Source: Fistulifera solaris
Lineage: Eukaryota
NCBI GenBank assembly: GCA_030295235.1
Contig: AP026126.1
Location: forward strand, 434,001-498,000
Direction of reading: 5' to 3'
DNA: 64,000 nucleotides
Shown: positions 11,387-24,798 of the stretch, piece after piece
How the letters are laid out: every line of letters begins with the position of its first letter
How positions within the stretch are numbered: the first letter of the stretch is position 1
Notes under the pieces: model-generated
Seen by the model: only the letters and a program-made list of their open reading frames with translations
The model's database searches: none
Told to the model about the DNA's origin: nothing
Translations under genes and position numbers: made by a program

Positions 11387-12389
11387 ATGGTGGATGTGGG
11401 CCAAATAGGGGAATGGCTTCTGTCGTTAACCGACCAAGACCAAGACCTGCTCCGAGATACGCGTGCATTTAGTGATTTTCTTGACGCTGCAAGCCGTTTA
11501 AAGAGAGCTCAACAACATATTACTCAAAATGACGTATTGGGAGCGGAAGACTGTTTGGTATTTTCGAAAAGTTCTTTTCTTCAGAACATTTTATCCGACG
11601 AAGTTGTGTCATGTGTGTTGGATTACTTGGAGTCACATTCTCTATGGCAGATAGCAACAACATGCACACGTTTACGTGACTTGGCCTATCGAAATGCAAG
11701 AAGACGGTGTAAACAAATCGAACGCGAACGTCAAGTGACAGACGTCATTCGTCTACTTTGTGCAAAAGAACAAATGGAAGGCTTATATTCGAACTGTAAT
11801 CGAAACGGAATGACTGTACCTCCCATCCCATTTCCTAGCGTGAGGATACCCATGCTCTTGCCCGGAAGAAAAGTCGTGGTCACTGAAGTAGGTGATCCGG
11901 AGTTCAACGGAGTCTATTTCTGCACGGGGTGTAACGGCAATGGCTTTGTGTTTACAAAGCCACGATATACGCTTCAGACAAGATTAACACGACAGTCGGG
12001 CCAAAATAATAAAGAACAGACGAGCTGTAACTCCCCACACCTATACTGCATTTTTGCGAGACGCTTTTCGGGACAGGTACGAAATTGCGTTCGGTGATTG
12101 CAGAGCAATGACGGTATCGACGTCTGACGGAATTTTCACGCAGGAAATGTTGTGGTACTTGTCGAAAGAAGTGTACCAAGATGCTGAGGAAGAAGCGCAA
12201 GTAATTGGAGACGGCCTCGTTGAAAGCTTTTTATTTTGGGCGCCGCTTCCTACGACAGAATCGACCACACCACACTTGAATTCCTATCCCAACCAGTCCT
12301 CGACTACACGACAAGCAGGTCAACGAACGTGGCAGTGTCTTGAAACGACAAGTCACCTGAACCCACCCATCGTAGAAGTAGTCGATTAG
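11387..12389 (+). CDS. F-box-like protein, intron 12077-12143
   Basis: 'LSDEVVSCVLDYLESHSLWQIATTCTRLRDL' F-box pattern; the GT..CAG intron joins the two ORFs in frame. Confidence 0.7.
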
Positions 12390-12448
12390 ATCAAAATTAT
12401 GAAGGTGCGTTATAGGTTATGATTCTTTTTATGAACATATCGTGTCGA

Positions 12449-13909
12449 TCAGCAAAGCTTCTGTACAATGAGAACCAGAGAAAGGACTAATATGGATGGC
12501 AGAGATCTTGATCCTGTAGAAACATCCGATTCGTTCAATGGATCACTTTGCACAGAATTGCCGGGCTGTTCGATTATGGATTTTGTTGTGTCATCTTTGT
12601 TTTCATTATGAGATTCTTCTGGAACAATTTCAACACTTTCGGCGAGGGCATCTGTTTCACCATTCTCGGGAATATCGTTTTTGATGGGTGCGGTATTTAC
12701 AGGCGAGTTTGTAGCAACTTTTGTCTCCACTGAAGCAACAGGATTAGATGTTGCTGGCACAACTGGAGAGGCTGTTGGTACAGACGTTGCTAGCGCCATT
12801 GGAAAGGTTGTCGGACTAGAGGTTGCTCGCGTTATTGTCGGGCTGGATGTTGCTCTTGTAGTCGGAGAGATTGTCGGACTAGCCGTGTATTCAGTGACGG
12901 ACGAGTCGATGAGGTTCGTCGTCTCTTGGACCGCTGGAGCGGCTGTTGCTGGTGCATCAGGGGAATTGATGCGGTTCGTCAACGCTTGCATGATAGAAGA
13001 AGAACCAGGAGAATTCTCTAGAGCGACGGAAGAAATTTCGGGTTCAGCCGTTTCCACTGGAGTGGTAGAGCTCGGCAAAATAGTGATTTCGGCGCAGTTG
13101 AAAAATTGCTCGGGCTTTAAAAATCCTCTGGATCCATCGAGAGGAAGTGGATAATTACAGACTGTCAATATGCTATTCCAATACTCTTCGGGAAGGATTT
13201 CATTGTCGGCATTGCCTCCTCTAAAATAATCGTGGTAATCCGCAGGATTGCACGAGTTTGCGCTAATGTAACGCCACTATTGCATGAATGTTTTGAGAAT
13301 TGGTAGAACATTAATTTGAAAAAACAGCGTCAATCGATCCCGACTTACCTGTAAAAGAACATTTTCACCTGAGACATTGTCGGGCAATTTGAAATCCATC
13401 GAAAATTCTTCTCCCAAGGAGAGGTATCCACGTTCCGGGTGTTTCGGATCCGCCGGCATGCCGTGCGCAATATCCTGAGCAAAGGTGAGACGATGCTGAT
13501 CGAAGCATTCTTGAGTGGATGCTCTGCCGTCCGGGCATGCGCTGACTTCGATGTGCCCCAAATGATGAGCTTTGATGATGGTATTGATTCGAACGATACC
13601 TCCTTGCTCGTACGTTGCTTGAGATTTCCACGGCATCGGTGACCCTGTAGAATCTAGCCAGTCATCGTAGTTGTGATCATGAATGGAAAGACCACAAACA
13701 CCGGCATTGCGGGTCAAGCAAGCGTGACAGTATTCGACGTACGGTGCTCCGGGAACTGGTGCCTGCTTTTCGCCGAGACCATCTTCATGGGCTACAAAGT
13801 TTCGACTGCGAGGCGAAGCTAAGTACCCATGTGCTCTTGTTTGATGAATTAAGAGGGAGAAGGAGAGAAAGAAGGAAAATAACGACTGATTATTCATTTC
13901 GAGCAGCAT
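12449..13909 (-). CDS. Lytic polysaccharide monooxygenase (AA15/AA10-like) with S/T-rich stalk and probable GPI signal; intron 13277-13348
   Basis: Signal peptide then mature His1 'HGYLASPRSRN', 'AHHLGHIE', 'VLLQ|WRY..ANSC', 'EQFFNCAEI'; T/S/P-rich linker; hydrophobic C-terminus 'SILVLSLVLIV'. Confidence 0.85.
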
Positions 13910-14589
13910 TGTCGGATTGTATTCTTTTTTTGTGGAATGAAAGAATGATGGGAGGAGGGAGTCGCACCTTTTTGTTCCAGTAAGATGTCGGAGGGATAAA
14001 AAATTCCATAAATGACTCCCCAGTACTAAAAACTAGCCCAACGACCTTCGGTTGATGACGTGCCGAGTATTGTGTGATGGCTTTTGGTCATTGACACGGA
14101 GAGGGCCTTTTTTCTTCTTTATGCCTCACAGGATGGGGTTAAATTTTTAGGGTTCTCAGCGACATTTCACTCGTAATGAATTTTTTCAACCACGATCCGT
14201 CAACTTCGCCCGATCCGTCAAGCCTCATGATTGTAGACCAATTTGTACCTCGTGACTGATTGACTCCCTCTTAACTCTTGACTTATAAGGCCAAAGGCCT
14301 TAAGCCCTTCAACGTTCAACATGATGCCAATCATGTACGAGGAGTCACGAACCTCTAACGTCTGCTCGTTGTAAGGCTGAAGATCGAGCGACTGCACGAC
14401 GCAAAAATCCGACGAAGCGCAACAACGGACAACGGTCCCTGCGTTGGAAAAAGGACGCAAAAAGACACTTCTTGACACCATTCCCCTCCTTTCTCTGTCA
14501 TCTTGCATGCTTTGCGAGGATACGAAGAAACTTATTTACAGTTTAAGGATTCTAGGTTTTGATTATCGAAGTACCGGGAACTTGACATC

Positions 14590-17500
14590 ATGGGGGTTCC
14601 AAAGGTATGCGGATCGTGTTGTAACTTTGTTGGCTTTCTGTTGCATCAGGCACCCCTCACTCTCGAGTCTTCTTCACTATTGTGCAATTAGTTCTACCGC
14701 TGGCTTTCAGAGCGTTACCCAAAGATCAATCAGATCATTTCCGATAATGCGCTACTACCTGAATTCGATCATCTGTATTTGGACATGAACGGCATTATTC
14801 ATGGCTGTACTCATCCGAGTCATATGGATATTTCCGATGTCCTCAGTGAACGTGATATGATGCTAGGTATCATGCATTGTAAGTTTCATCGGCAAGTTTG
14901 TTGTTGTGTGCTGCACTTTCTCTGACTGGCGTACACAGACCTGGATCGCATCATTACGCAAATCGTCAAGCCGAAAGTTTCGGTCTACATGGCCATTGAT
15001 GGAGTTGCTCCCCGTGCTAAACTCAACCAGCAACGCAGTCGTCGATTCCGCAGTGCCAAAGACACGGCAGAAGCGACCAAAGACTTACCGGCGAGTGAAA
15101 AGCACGTCTTTGATTCCAACTGCATCACTCCGGGTACCGAGTTCCTGGCCAAAGTCTCGGAGCATATCCAGTATTTCATTCGCAAGAAATTGAAAGAGGA
15201 TCCTTTGTGGCATGGACTCACCGTGATCTTTTCCGGGCACGACATTCCGGGTGAGGGTGAACACAAAATTATGCAGCACATTCGTGAATTGCGCAGTCAA
15301 CCGGGGTATCAGCCCAACAATCGGCACTGTATTTACGGGCAGGTAAGAAGAAGTCGGTCTTTGTTTCCTTCAGCGACGGAAAAAGTTCTCATACTTCATC
15401 CCATCAGGATGCTGATTTGATCATGCTTTCGCTGATTACGCACGAACCGCATTTCACGATTCTGCGTGAAGTGATTGACTTTAACTTTGGTCGACAGCAG
15501 CAGAATACTCTCAAAGCAGTAAAGAAGTTCACCAAGGAATCCGATTTCCAGTTACTCCACGTGTCGATCTTGAGAGAGTACTTGCACATCGAGTTTTGTC
15601 ATGAACATCCTCAGTATGATTTAGAACGCACGATCGATGACTTTGTCTTTATGACGTTCCTGGTGGGAAATGATTTCTTGCCGCACCTTCCGGCTCTGGA
15701 CATTGGCGATGGTGCTTTTGATTTGCTCTTTTCTATCTACAAAGAGCAACGTGCGGGCTGGGGTGAAGGAAATTATCTCACAGAATCGGGTGATATTAGC
15801 GATCCGCATCGTTTGGAAGTTTTCGTGGAAGCAATCGGTGCCGTCGAAACGGACATTCTGGAGCAACGAGAAAAGGAAGAAGCGGCATATGCCAAGAAGA
15901 AGAGACGGTGGGATAAGCGTGACGGGAAAGAAGAAGGGCCGTCGGATGCTGAATTAGCTGCTGTGGAGTCCGAGAAGCAAAACGATTATTTGTCCATGAT
16001 AGAGGCACTTATGCAGCAGCCAAATTGGTCACCAGAAAACTTCGTCGCGGGATGGACTCCGGTTACAGAGTCGGGCCAGAAGGACTTCAAAGGTCGTTAC
16101 TATTTCGAAAAGCTCAAGTTTACACCACTTGACAAGGAGAAGCATTGGGCTTTGCGTCGCTCGTACATGGAAGGCTTGATGTGGTGTTTGGCTTATTACT
16201 ACAAAGGGTGTATCAGTTGGGGTTGGTTCTATCCCTATCATTATGGTGAGTCGATCATCGTCTGCTTTTAGAAAGAAATGTCTCGACGTCTAACTAACAC
16301 TACTACAGGTCCAATGTTGAGCGACTTAATTGATATTCCTCGGATGTTTGCGGAAATTGAGTTTGAGCTTGGGGAACCGCTTAAGCCGTTTCAGCAACTC
16401 ATGGGTTGTCTTCCGCCGGCTTCGTATGCTTTGGTTCCAAAACCTTACCGATTTCTCATGCAGTCTCCCGATTCACCCATCATTCAGTTCTATCCTTCGG
16501 AGTTTGAAGTTGATATGAATGGTAAAAAGTATGTGAAAATCCAATATACGTCTCAACGGAGTTGCTCATTTCATCTGATCCTTTTCTCGCATTTTCAGAA
16601 ATCCATGGGAAGGTGTCAACTTGCTTCCTTTCATCGATATCGCTCTCTTAAAGTCTACAATTGAAAAGTTTTGCCCTGATAGCAAACTTTCGACAGCAGA
16701 GCTGGTCCGGAACTCCATGGGCACTGTCTATTGTTACAAACACGATCCCACTTCTATCGAAACTGTTATATCGCCGAACCCGAGCATTGGTTTGCCTGAC
16801 ATTTCGGTTTGTCATTCCACAATTAGCGTGATTGAATTCGACGAAGGTCCAAGCACTTCAAAGTTTGAACCTAAATTAGTCAGCGGAACCCAATTACCTT
16901 ATCCGGGTTTCCCGTCTCTGAACGTACTCCCAATCGCCTCGATTGCTTTGACAAAGGCCGGACTTAATTGTTTCGGTGTTCCTTCTAAGTATCTTAGCAC
17001 GATTCTACAGTTGACAGAACTTCCGGAACTCGCTCCGATCGAGCAACTGGCGGAAAGCTTGCTAGGGAAATCTGTTTTTGTAAACTGGCCCATGATGCAC
17101 GAAGCAAAAGTAATTGGCTTGTCTAACGAGTTCAGGGAAATTAAGATATTCAACGGAAAGCGCAAAATGAGTGAATTTGGTAAAATTGAAGCGGACAAAT
17201 GGCGCACCGATTCTATGGAAATGTTGCAGTCCTACCACGTGGGAAATGGCACTCCTGGTTCTGGTGGAGTGTACATCGGTCCGGTTAGATTACGATTGAA
17301 AGTGCAGCCGTTGCAGGGCATGAAAATCAATCCGAACAATGGCTCGAAAAAGAAGTATTTTGGTCAACAAGAAGCTGATGTACCGTTGCAACTATGCCTG
17401 TTCCAAGCACCTGCACCTGATCCTCGCTTTATCGAACGTGGTCCTGCAACGCTCCAGGACCGATTCCCGCTGAACAGCCAGGTTGTGTTGACGAAAGGAA

Positions 17501-19524
17501 AATATCGAGGGTGTAAAGGAACTGTCATTAGTATCGCAGATGCAAAAAACGTTGCTGTTAATGTTCAAATTATTCCACCTGAAATTCCGTTTGGACTTTT
17601 TGCAGTCCGAGAAGTACAAGAATCGTACATGTCATCCTTGGAAGCTGCGAAAATGCTGAGAATGAATGCTGGAGTACTCGGTAAAATTATGGGCCGCCTT
17701 CAATTCGAACAGGGCAAGTATGATTTGGGCCTCAATTTGAAAACGGCCGATGGTATGTGTGTTCCGGGCTACACTCGCAGGAAGGTCGAAAGTGCTCGTA
17801 AGGCGGGCAACCGACAGGTGTGGTCTGCTGGTGATACTTTGCTCGTCGTTGGAAGCCAAAAGCTACCTGAAAACAGTAACACAGATGAAAGAATTCAGTG
17901 GGAATACACCCCGAGAGCCATCAAGCTTGTAAATGAATATCGTACAAAGTTTCCACAGCTCTTTTCAGGCATCATGAAAAACTCCAATGAGAAGAGGTAC
18001 GATGCAAATGAAATCTTTGGCAACAATGGAGAAGCGTGGCTCCCTGTCATACGCGACTGGCTAGACAAGCACGAATCTGCCAAGATACCGAGATCACCTG
18101 TTACGACCGAGTCAATGCCTCGTGAGGCTGTCACGAAGGTAGAAAAATACGCTGCAATTCGCAAGCTGGCTCTTCAAAAGAAAGGTTATCCCAAAGAGTC
18201 CCTCATAAAGATTCCCGGAAGCGCATTATATCGTGAGGGTTCAATCGGAGCTACGGATGTCCTGTTGGCGGCCGACTTGAACAATAGCGAGGCACCGCAG
18301 TTGGGAGATCGAATCGTAAATCTGTGCGTTGATGGGATTCCATTCGGTGCTAAAGGGACCGTTATTGGTATCCATGAAGCTGCAACCACGGGGTGTGTTG
18401 AGGTCGTGATGGACGAAGAATTTATGGGAGGAACATCGCTCCAGGGGGCTTGCTCAAATTTCCGAGGCAGGCTATGTCTATGGGCTCATTTGTTGAAGGT
18501 AACTCCTGAGAATGCTTCTGCTTTGGTTGAAAAAATGGTCCCGAAAGCATCAGATAAGGCGAACTCTGATAGAATGAGAGTCATGGTAAACAACCAGGTG
18601 GAGCAACACAAGGACACTGTTGCCAGCTGGGATGGCCGGAAGGATGAAAGTGTCTCGCTTAAAAAATCGAACGTGCCGATGCCACAGCAAAGCGACGGAC
18701 AATCGCAATCAGTCAAGGCGAAAAGTCCTCTTCGACCCCAAGCAAAAGCTAGATCGACTTCGCGCGACGGGTCATTGGCAAGAGGAAAACAAGGGGCCTG
18801 GGAGCAAGCCCGTGGACCTGACGAGAAGACAATAGGCTTTCAAGGGAAGAGAACGGCAGCAAAAAGTGGCCACAAGCAATGGAAAGAATTAGTTACCAAG
18901 AACGAATCGATTGCTCGAGATGCTCCTAAAACTCTGTTGCATCGTCCACCCTCGCCAAGCGCTGTTTCCACTGAGGAGGCCACTTTAAAGGCCATTCTCG
19001 GCTTGCCACCTTCTTCTTTGCAGCAAACGTCGTCCTCGGCGTCAACAACGGTGGGCGACTTCACTACACGACAGACGCCATCTTCAGCCGCCGAGAAACT
19101 GAGAGCGCTCATGATTTCCAGCAGACCAGTTATTGGATCCGGTTCGGGGCCCATGCCGTTCAGAGGGCAAGCGCCTACAGGATTTAACTTCACCTACGTC
19201 GAAGAAGGCCAGGAGCTGCCTCAAGCCATGCCGATAAATGTACCGGGGCCCATTATGCCACAGCACCCATTGACGTATGCACCAATGGGACCCGGCCCGT
19301 ATCCACTCGCAATGCCGGGCTACAATGGATTTGTACCACCTCAGCAAGGGACTATGACGCAAACCTTCAATTTGAGGAAGACTGTACCTGATCGAACACC
19401 AGTGAACGAAAAGGACTTCCCGGCTTTGGGAAGCGTACCGAGTCAACAGGTGGATGTTGGGCGTCAACCGCGGGTCGACAACGTAATGGTACCATCTGTG
19501 CTCGCCAGTAAACAAAAAAGATAA
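14590..19524 (+). CDS. XRN1: 5'-3' exoribonuclease 1; introns 14605-14691, 14879-14938, 15343-15407, 16246-16308, 16529-16598
   Basis: '[15 protein letters not shown]', '[10 protein letters not shown]', '[19 protein letters not shown]', 'PGEGEHKIM', 'GNDFLPHLP', 'W.W.YPYHY', plus XRN1-type C-terminal KOW/SH3-like domains. Confidence 0.96.
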
Positions 19525-19552
19525 ACGTTCTCACTATAAATTTAAGAGCCAG

Positions 19553-22500
19553 TTAACGCCGACCTCTCCCGCGTCCTCCTCTTCCTCTTCCACCACGGCC
19601 TCTTCCTCGGCCTTGAGATTTAGTCCGCTCAGATCCCTGTTTTTGTGTGTAAGATCCTTATTTGTTTTTCAACGACATTCCGTCTTGTTTCTTTCATAAT
19701 ATTGAGACTTACCTTGAATATCTGAGAAGTATCCTTCATAACTTTGTCCGTGCTAAACGAGCACACGTGCGACAGCTCGCCTGATGGCAGGGGTGACTTG
19801 CCACTTTTGAAGTCAACTTGAATCATTTTACAATCAGATCCGTCATTCTTCGAATCTAGGATTGTAAGTTTCTCGATGTCCCTGGACAAATTAACAATCG
19901 TTGGGTTTCGAGTTGCGACCAATCTCCACTTCGGACCAAAATGGGGGTCAAGAATCAGAACACCGTCTCCATCAGGATCCTCGGCGACCCTTAATTCTTC
20001 CACAAGAGGATGTTGGTCTGGCAATGGACATTCCAGTGTCAAGTTTCTTCCGGCAACACGTCTTATTTGCCTTTCCTTTTCCGCATCTTCTCTGTCATTT
20101 GGGTCTCCGACGAATTCGTCAACGTCAAGCGCCCAATCTGGGTCGTTGTAGCATCGAGGGCATAAGGGGAAGGTTCGCTGCGGCTGTCCTACCGAGTAGA
20201 GGCATAACTCGAAATTGCACCCATTAACCGGACAGGTGCGCCCACTCCATTGTTTGACGATTCCGCCGGAAGGCAAGGGGTAAACAGATTCTGTCCACTT
20301 GTTGTACAGTCTTTCTGGTGGACCTGGTATGTATTGCAGATAACGTCTAGTCAAGCCGCAACGAGTAAACGGTTTGCCAATGTCTTCAAGCTTTGAGAAA
20401 GAGCTGGCAAAAGAACGTCCATTTTTGGATATTCTGGACGAACCCGTTGTACTTTTCTTTAAACAATGCTAGAGCGCGTTTCACAACCACCTCCCTGCTT
20501 GCTAAGCCTTTTGAAATCTTGTTACACTGATCTTCAATGTCGGATCTTACTCTGGGGAGAACAAGCGAGCTATCAATGAAATGATATCCTTGTGCCAACA
20601 CCAAACCGAGTTTCGACGGTATCAATTTTCGACCTGTTTCAAGTGTCACGTAATTGCGCTTTATGACGTTTTCAATGTGCGTAGCAATACTGGCATCTGT
20701 TCCTATCCCATTTTTCTCCATTAAACTGATTAATTCACTCTCTGTGAGATAAGTGGGTGGCGTCGTCATTTTCTCCTTGATGGACAACGTTCCGCGAACG
20801 ACGTCGCCCAGAGCAACATTTACTTTACTAGAATTTGTGCCTACTGACGATGTTGCCAAAGGAACTACCTCTCCGATCGTAAATTCAGGAATTTGTTTCT
20901 CTTCTTCCTCGTCTTCGTCGTCGTTCTCTTCTCCGTACTCTTTATGCTTTAAAACAGAAAGGAATCCAGGGGAGACAAGTTCCTTACCACTCAAAGTAAA
21001 ATGACCTTTATCTCCTAGGGCTACAATGGAGAAGTCAACTCGAGTTGATCTCCATACTGCATCCGGGCTGACCGTGGCGATAAAATGCCGAGCTACGAGC
21101 TCGTACACCCGGGCCATGTCACCCGATAGACCCAGACCCGACCTCATAATGGTAATCGGTGGGTGATCACCCATGTCGACTCCTCCACGAGGCCTCGTAA
21201 CTCCCGTCTGGAGAAGTTCTCTAACATAAGCCCCCCAAGCGGGTTCGGATGTCTGTTGTTGCAACGTTCCGTTTATGTCAAACGATTTCGGATAGGCAGT
21301 TGATTCAGTTCGAGGATAGGAAAGGTACCCACTGAGATAAAGTCGCTCAGCTATTTGCATCGCTGAGTGCGGCCCAATCCCCAACGCCTTGGAACAAGCT
21401 TTTAACAAGGCAACCGTGTTCATCGGTGTCGGGCGCCCTTGTTTCTTGTCCTTCGTAACAACGTTCTGAACAACAGCGTGAGCCTCATTCTCGGTGGCAA
21501 TCTCTTTGAGTGCTTCGACCTTGGCTTTCTGAAAGGATCTTCCTGAAGTCCACAAAGCTCTCATTTGTCGACCACGTTTATAGATACCCAGCTCCAAGAC
21601 CCAGTACGGTTCCGGCTTGAATGTTTCAATATCCAAATGTCTCTGGACGCAAAATCCCAGCGTAGGCGTTTGACAAGGACCGTAACTCAACACTGCACTA
21701 TCCAAATCTCCGTACCGTCCTTGAAAGTAGCGCGTTTGAAAGCGCGAGAATGCCACACCGACTTTCAGATCCAACTCTTGTCTAGCATCCACCGACAAGG
21801 CTTGATTGCGATCCGGTTTCCCCAATGCTTGATATGCTTTCTGTATATCCGAAGCATTGATGGCACTAAAGTAGGCACGGTACACCCGGTCGTAATTCGT
21901 CCCCGTATTCGACTTTTTCATCAAGTCCATGCAACAATCGAGAACCTCAAAATTGATATTTTCGCCTTCTCGATCGCAATCCATCCAGAGCACAATGAAA
22001 TCCACACCCGCGGCCTGTTCTTTGAGATGTCGCACCACCGATCCCTGACACGCCTTCTTATCGACGGGAGCGTCAAAGAGTTCGGCGGGATCGACCGAAT
22101 CCCACGACTGATATTGTTGCGGGAAATCCACGGAAAAGACGTGTCCGGCCACCGAAGTGACTTTGTGTTTACAGGAGGATACCTGGGGCGCTTTGGGAAA
22201 GGCGGGACCCGTGAATTCATGAACGGGTAACTTCGATCGGTGTGTACTGGGACTGCCTTGACACAAGCCGTGGGCAATGGCTTGCGCAATACTTGGTTTT
22301 TCCGCGACATGCAGAATCGATATAGATTGTCCCTTGCCGTAGTTGATATCACTCGTCTGCTGGGGCTGCGATGGTGGAATTGATGTTGCGACGGCATTAT
22401 CGGTAGGATTTTCATTGTATTTCGTCTTCTGTGAATTGTTTTGTTTCCCCTTGTTGGTCTTTTTTGGGAGGTTTCTTTGCCTCGTCTTGAATTTTCACGT

Positions 22501-22951
22501 CCGTTGGTTTTGTCGCCTTGTTGTCAATCTTTTTGTTGTGCTTGGTCTTTTTGTCGGAGCCTTCGTTTTTGTTGGAGTGCTTGGGGGTTTCTTGCTCCGG
22601 TTGATCGTCGACTTTTGGTTCTTTCGTATTGTTTTCAGCATTGGATAAATTCTTTCCTCGTCCTCCATGTCTACCTGCATCTCGTCCTCCCGCTCTTCCT
22701 CGTCCGCCAACCCTCCCATCACTACGTCCTCGACCTCTACCATCGCCTCCACTTTCATTCCGGCCTCCCACCCGGCCTCGTCCTTGAGTGTTGTTTCTTC
22801 CTCCTTGTGACACGACAGCGTTTGACTCGACGGTGGTTTCACCTCCAGTATTGTTATTGCTTCTGTTGTTCCTTCCCCTTCCACCGGATCTTCCGCGGCC
22901 TCGACCACCTCTTCCGCGTCCAGGTCCGCATGCCAATGGTTGATCTGTCAT
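19553..22951 (-). CDS. TOP3B: DNA/RNA topoisomerase III beta, with RGG tracts at both ends; 3' intron about 19637-19711; apparent frameshifts
   Basis: Toprim 'HVAEKPSIA', 'WMDCDREGENI', 'SYGPCQTPTLG', catalytic 'YLSYPRTES', 'GIGTDAS', C-terminal Zn-ribbon Cys and RGG tail ending TAA at 19553. Confidence 0.93.
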
Positions 22952-23347
22952 GGTTTTTTTCAAAGTGAAGATTCCGATATCCTTTATAATGTATTTTGTT
23001 GTATCTTTGTTGGTGATCAACTGAGATTGTGTGGTGGTGAGAAGCCTAAACCTGAACGCCAATTCACATACGCCAAAAGGCTCAGTCCCGTGTTTCATCC
23101 CCGCTTATGACGTCATTCACAGCAATATCCAAAGCCTTGTTGGATGAAAACGCCGGATGCATACAATACTAGAGAGCACTCGTTATGGAGATGTGTCTTC
23201 ATCATTGTGCAAATAATACATTTGCTGCATGATGTGTAATGGACGCCTTGATGATTCTTGATCTGGAAAATCCCGGCGGATCGCTGTCATCTCAATTTAG
23301 GTACCGTAGAACTCATGGCTCATTGCCAAAGTCGTGTCTCGACGTAG

Positions 23348-23753
23348 CCACGACTGCATTTCAGTCATAAATCAGGAGCTTTTCCGATCTGACAGCTACC
23401 GAACCACAGTTCGTTCTGCTAGCCAAGTAGGCTCCATTTGTCGTGACAACGATGCAATTACCATCAGCATCATATTTGCAAGAGACGGCTCGAATCTTTA
23501 CGTCAAAAATCTCGACGGATCGGTGTCTTCCCAGTTTACTATAGGCCAGCGTTGCTTTCCGCAACCATGACTGCGATTCAAATGCTTTGAAAATAATTAT
23601 CAAGCTGAAGTCCTATCCCTATAGCGCCAACAGCTTTTACAATGGACTTTTTAGTTTTTTATGTCGAAAATCTTTGTGGATACTTTACCCATTACCGGTA
23701 CCGGTAGTCCAAAGTGTAGGTTCAATGCGTTTAAGACTGCATTACAGTCATGA
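23348..23753 (-). repeat. Three copies of the intergenic hairpin/CTATAGTA element (23348-23370, 23537-23580, 23703-23753)
   Basis: CCACGACTGCATTTCAGTCATAA; TACTATAGGCC..CCATGACTGC; GGTAGTCCAAAGTGTAGG..AAGACTGCATTACAGTCATGA; core spacing 217 and 166 bp. Confidence 0.7.
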
Positions 23754-23953
23754 ATCGACGATATGGGAGTGGTAGGGATTATTGCGCGCCAGCCAATCCA
23801 TAAGTGCCGGGATTATATTCAAGTTGAGTGAAACACAGTTTGGTCTACACGTCATCATAAGCTGATATAGTGGGATGATTGCATGGAAGACAAAGGAAGC
23901 CGGAAGGGAACTCGATAGTAGATGTTCTATTCTCGACAAATCCATTATTTTGA

Positions 23954-24798
23954 TTATGACAGTTGCACCGTTCCCGTCGAAACGGCCCAACGCACCAATT
24001 CCGTACGATTCTTGGTTTGTGTTTTACGAAACATGGATGTCATGAGTTGTTCCACGCGCCTTGTCGAAAGAAAAACACGCTCCGCAATTTCTTTATTTTT
24101 CAAGCCCTGACACAAATACTCCAACACTTGGCGTTCGTCGGGAGCCAAAAGACCTGAGTCGCTTGGACCCATCCATTTCCGACACCACCACCCCCATGTT
24201 CCAACAACAGTTGTTTGATTTCTTGTAAATCCTTCTGTAATTCTTCCAAACTCACATTGCCCGCTGTATCTTCTTGTCGTTGCAACACGGCATCAACCAA
24301 AGACACCAATTCGTCCGGATCAAATGGTTTCGTTAGATAAGCATCACACGCGGCTTCGTATCCCGCAATCCGATCACGCGTTTGTCCTTTGGCGGTCAAC
24401 AAGACGACCGGGACCGCCACCAGTCGTTCGTTTTGTCGAATTTTCTGCAAAAATTCCAAGCCATCCATCCCACCCGGCATGCGGACATCACTGACAATGA
24501 CGTCCGGAACTTGTGGTTCATCCACTACAACTTGGAGGGCGGCTTCCCCACTCGCACACGCCGTGACTTGATAGCCTTTTTCGTGCAGCAGACGACCGAC
24601 GGCCTGGCGGATCGATGCTTCGTCATCGACCAATAACAACCATTTGGTGGATCTCCAGGCTTCTTTCGCCGATGATGCTTGTAAAGAAAACGAAGGCGTC
24701 TTCGTTTGTGTTTTGAGAAGCGGTAGAAAAGAGTCGGAGACTGACAGAAAGAACGTGATGCAGCACAAGCGATTCATCGATATGATCGAAGGAACCAT
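23954..24798 (-). CDS. ycf29: Nuclear-encoded, probably plastid-targeted NarL-type response regulator (Ycf29/Rre1-like; REC + LuxR HTH); one apparent frameshift near 24150
   Basis: 'LLLVDDE..SDVRMP..LLTAKG..DRIAGY....DAYLTKPFDPDEL' and 'GLKNKEIA......R.VE......F.KT....RTELVR'; signal peptide ending 'VSDS|F'. Confidence 0.8.

Noticed and set aside
21565..22230. Long antisense/overlapping ORFs (e.g. 21565-22230 +, 12681-13154 +, 25793-26290 -)
   Set aside because: Shadow frames of real genes with no recognisable motifs.
23386..23396. CGATCTGACAG shared with 50671
   Set aside because: A single 11-mer match is expected by chance in 64 kb, and its orientation relative to the element differs.
23954..24798. 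Bacterial contamination (response regulator, also MgtE, YidD, EngB, GpsA)
   Set aside because: These genes have eukaryotic targeting presequences and/or spliceosomal introns and are embedded among eukaryotic genes.
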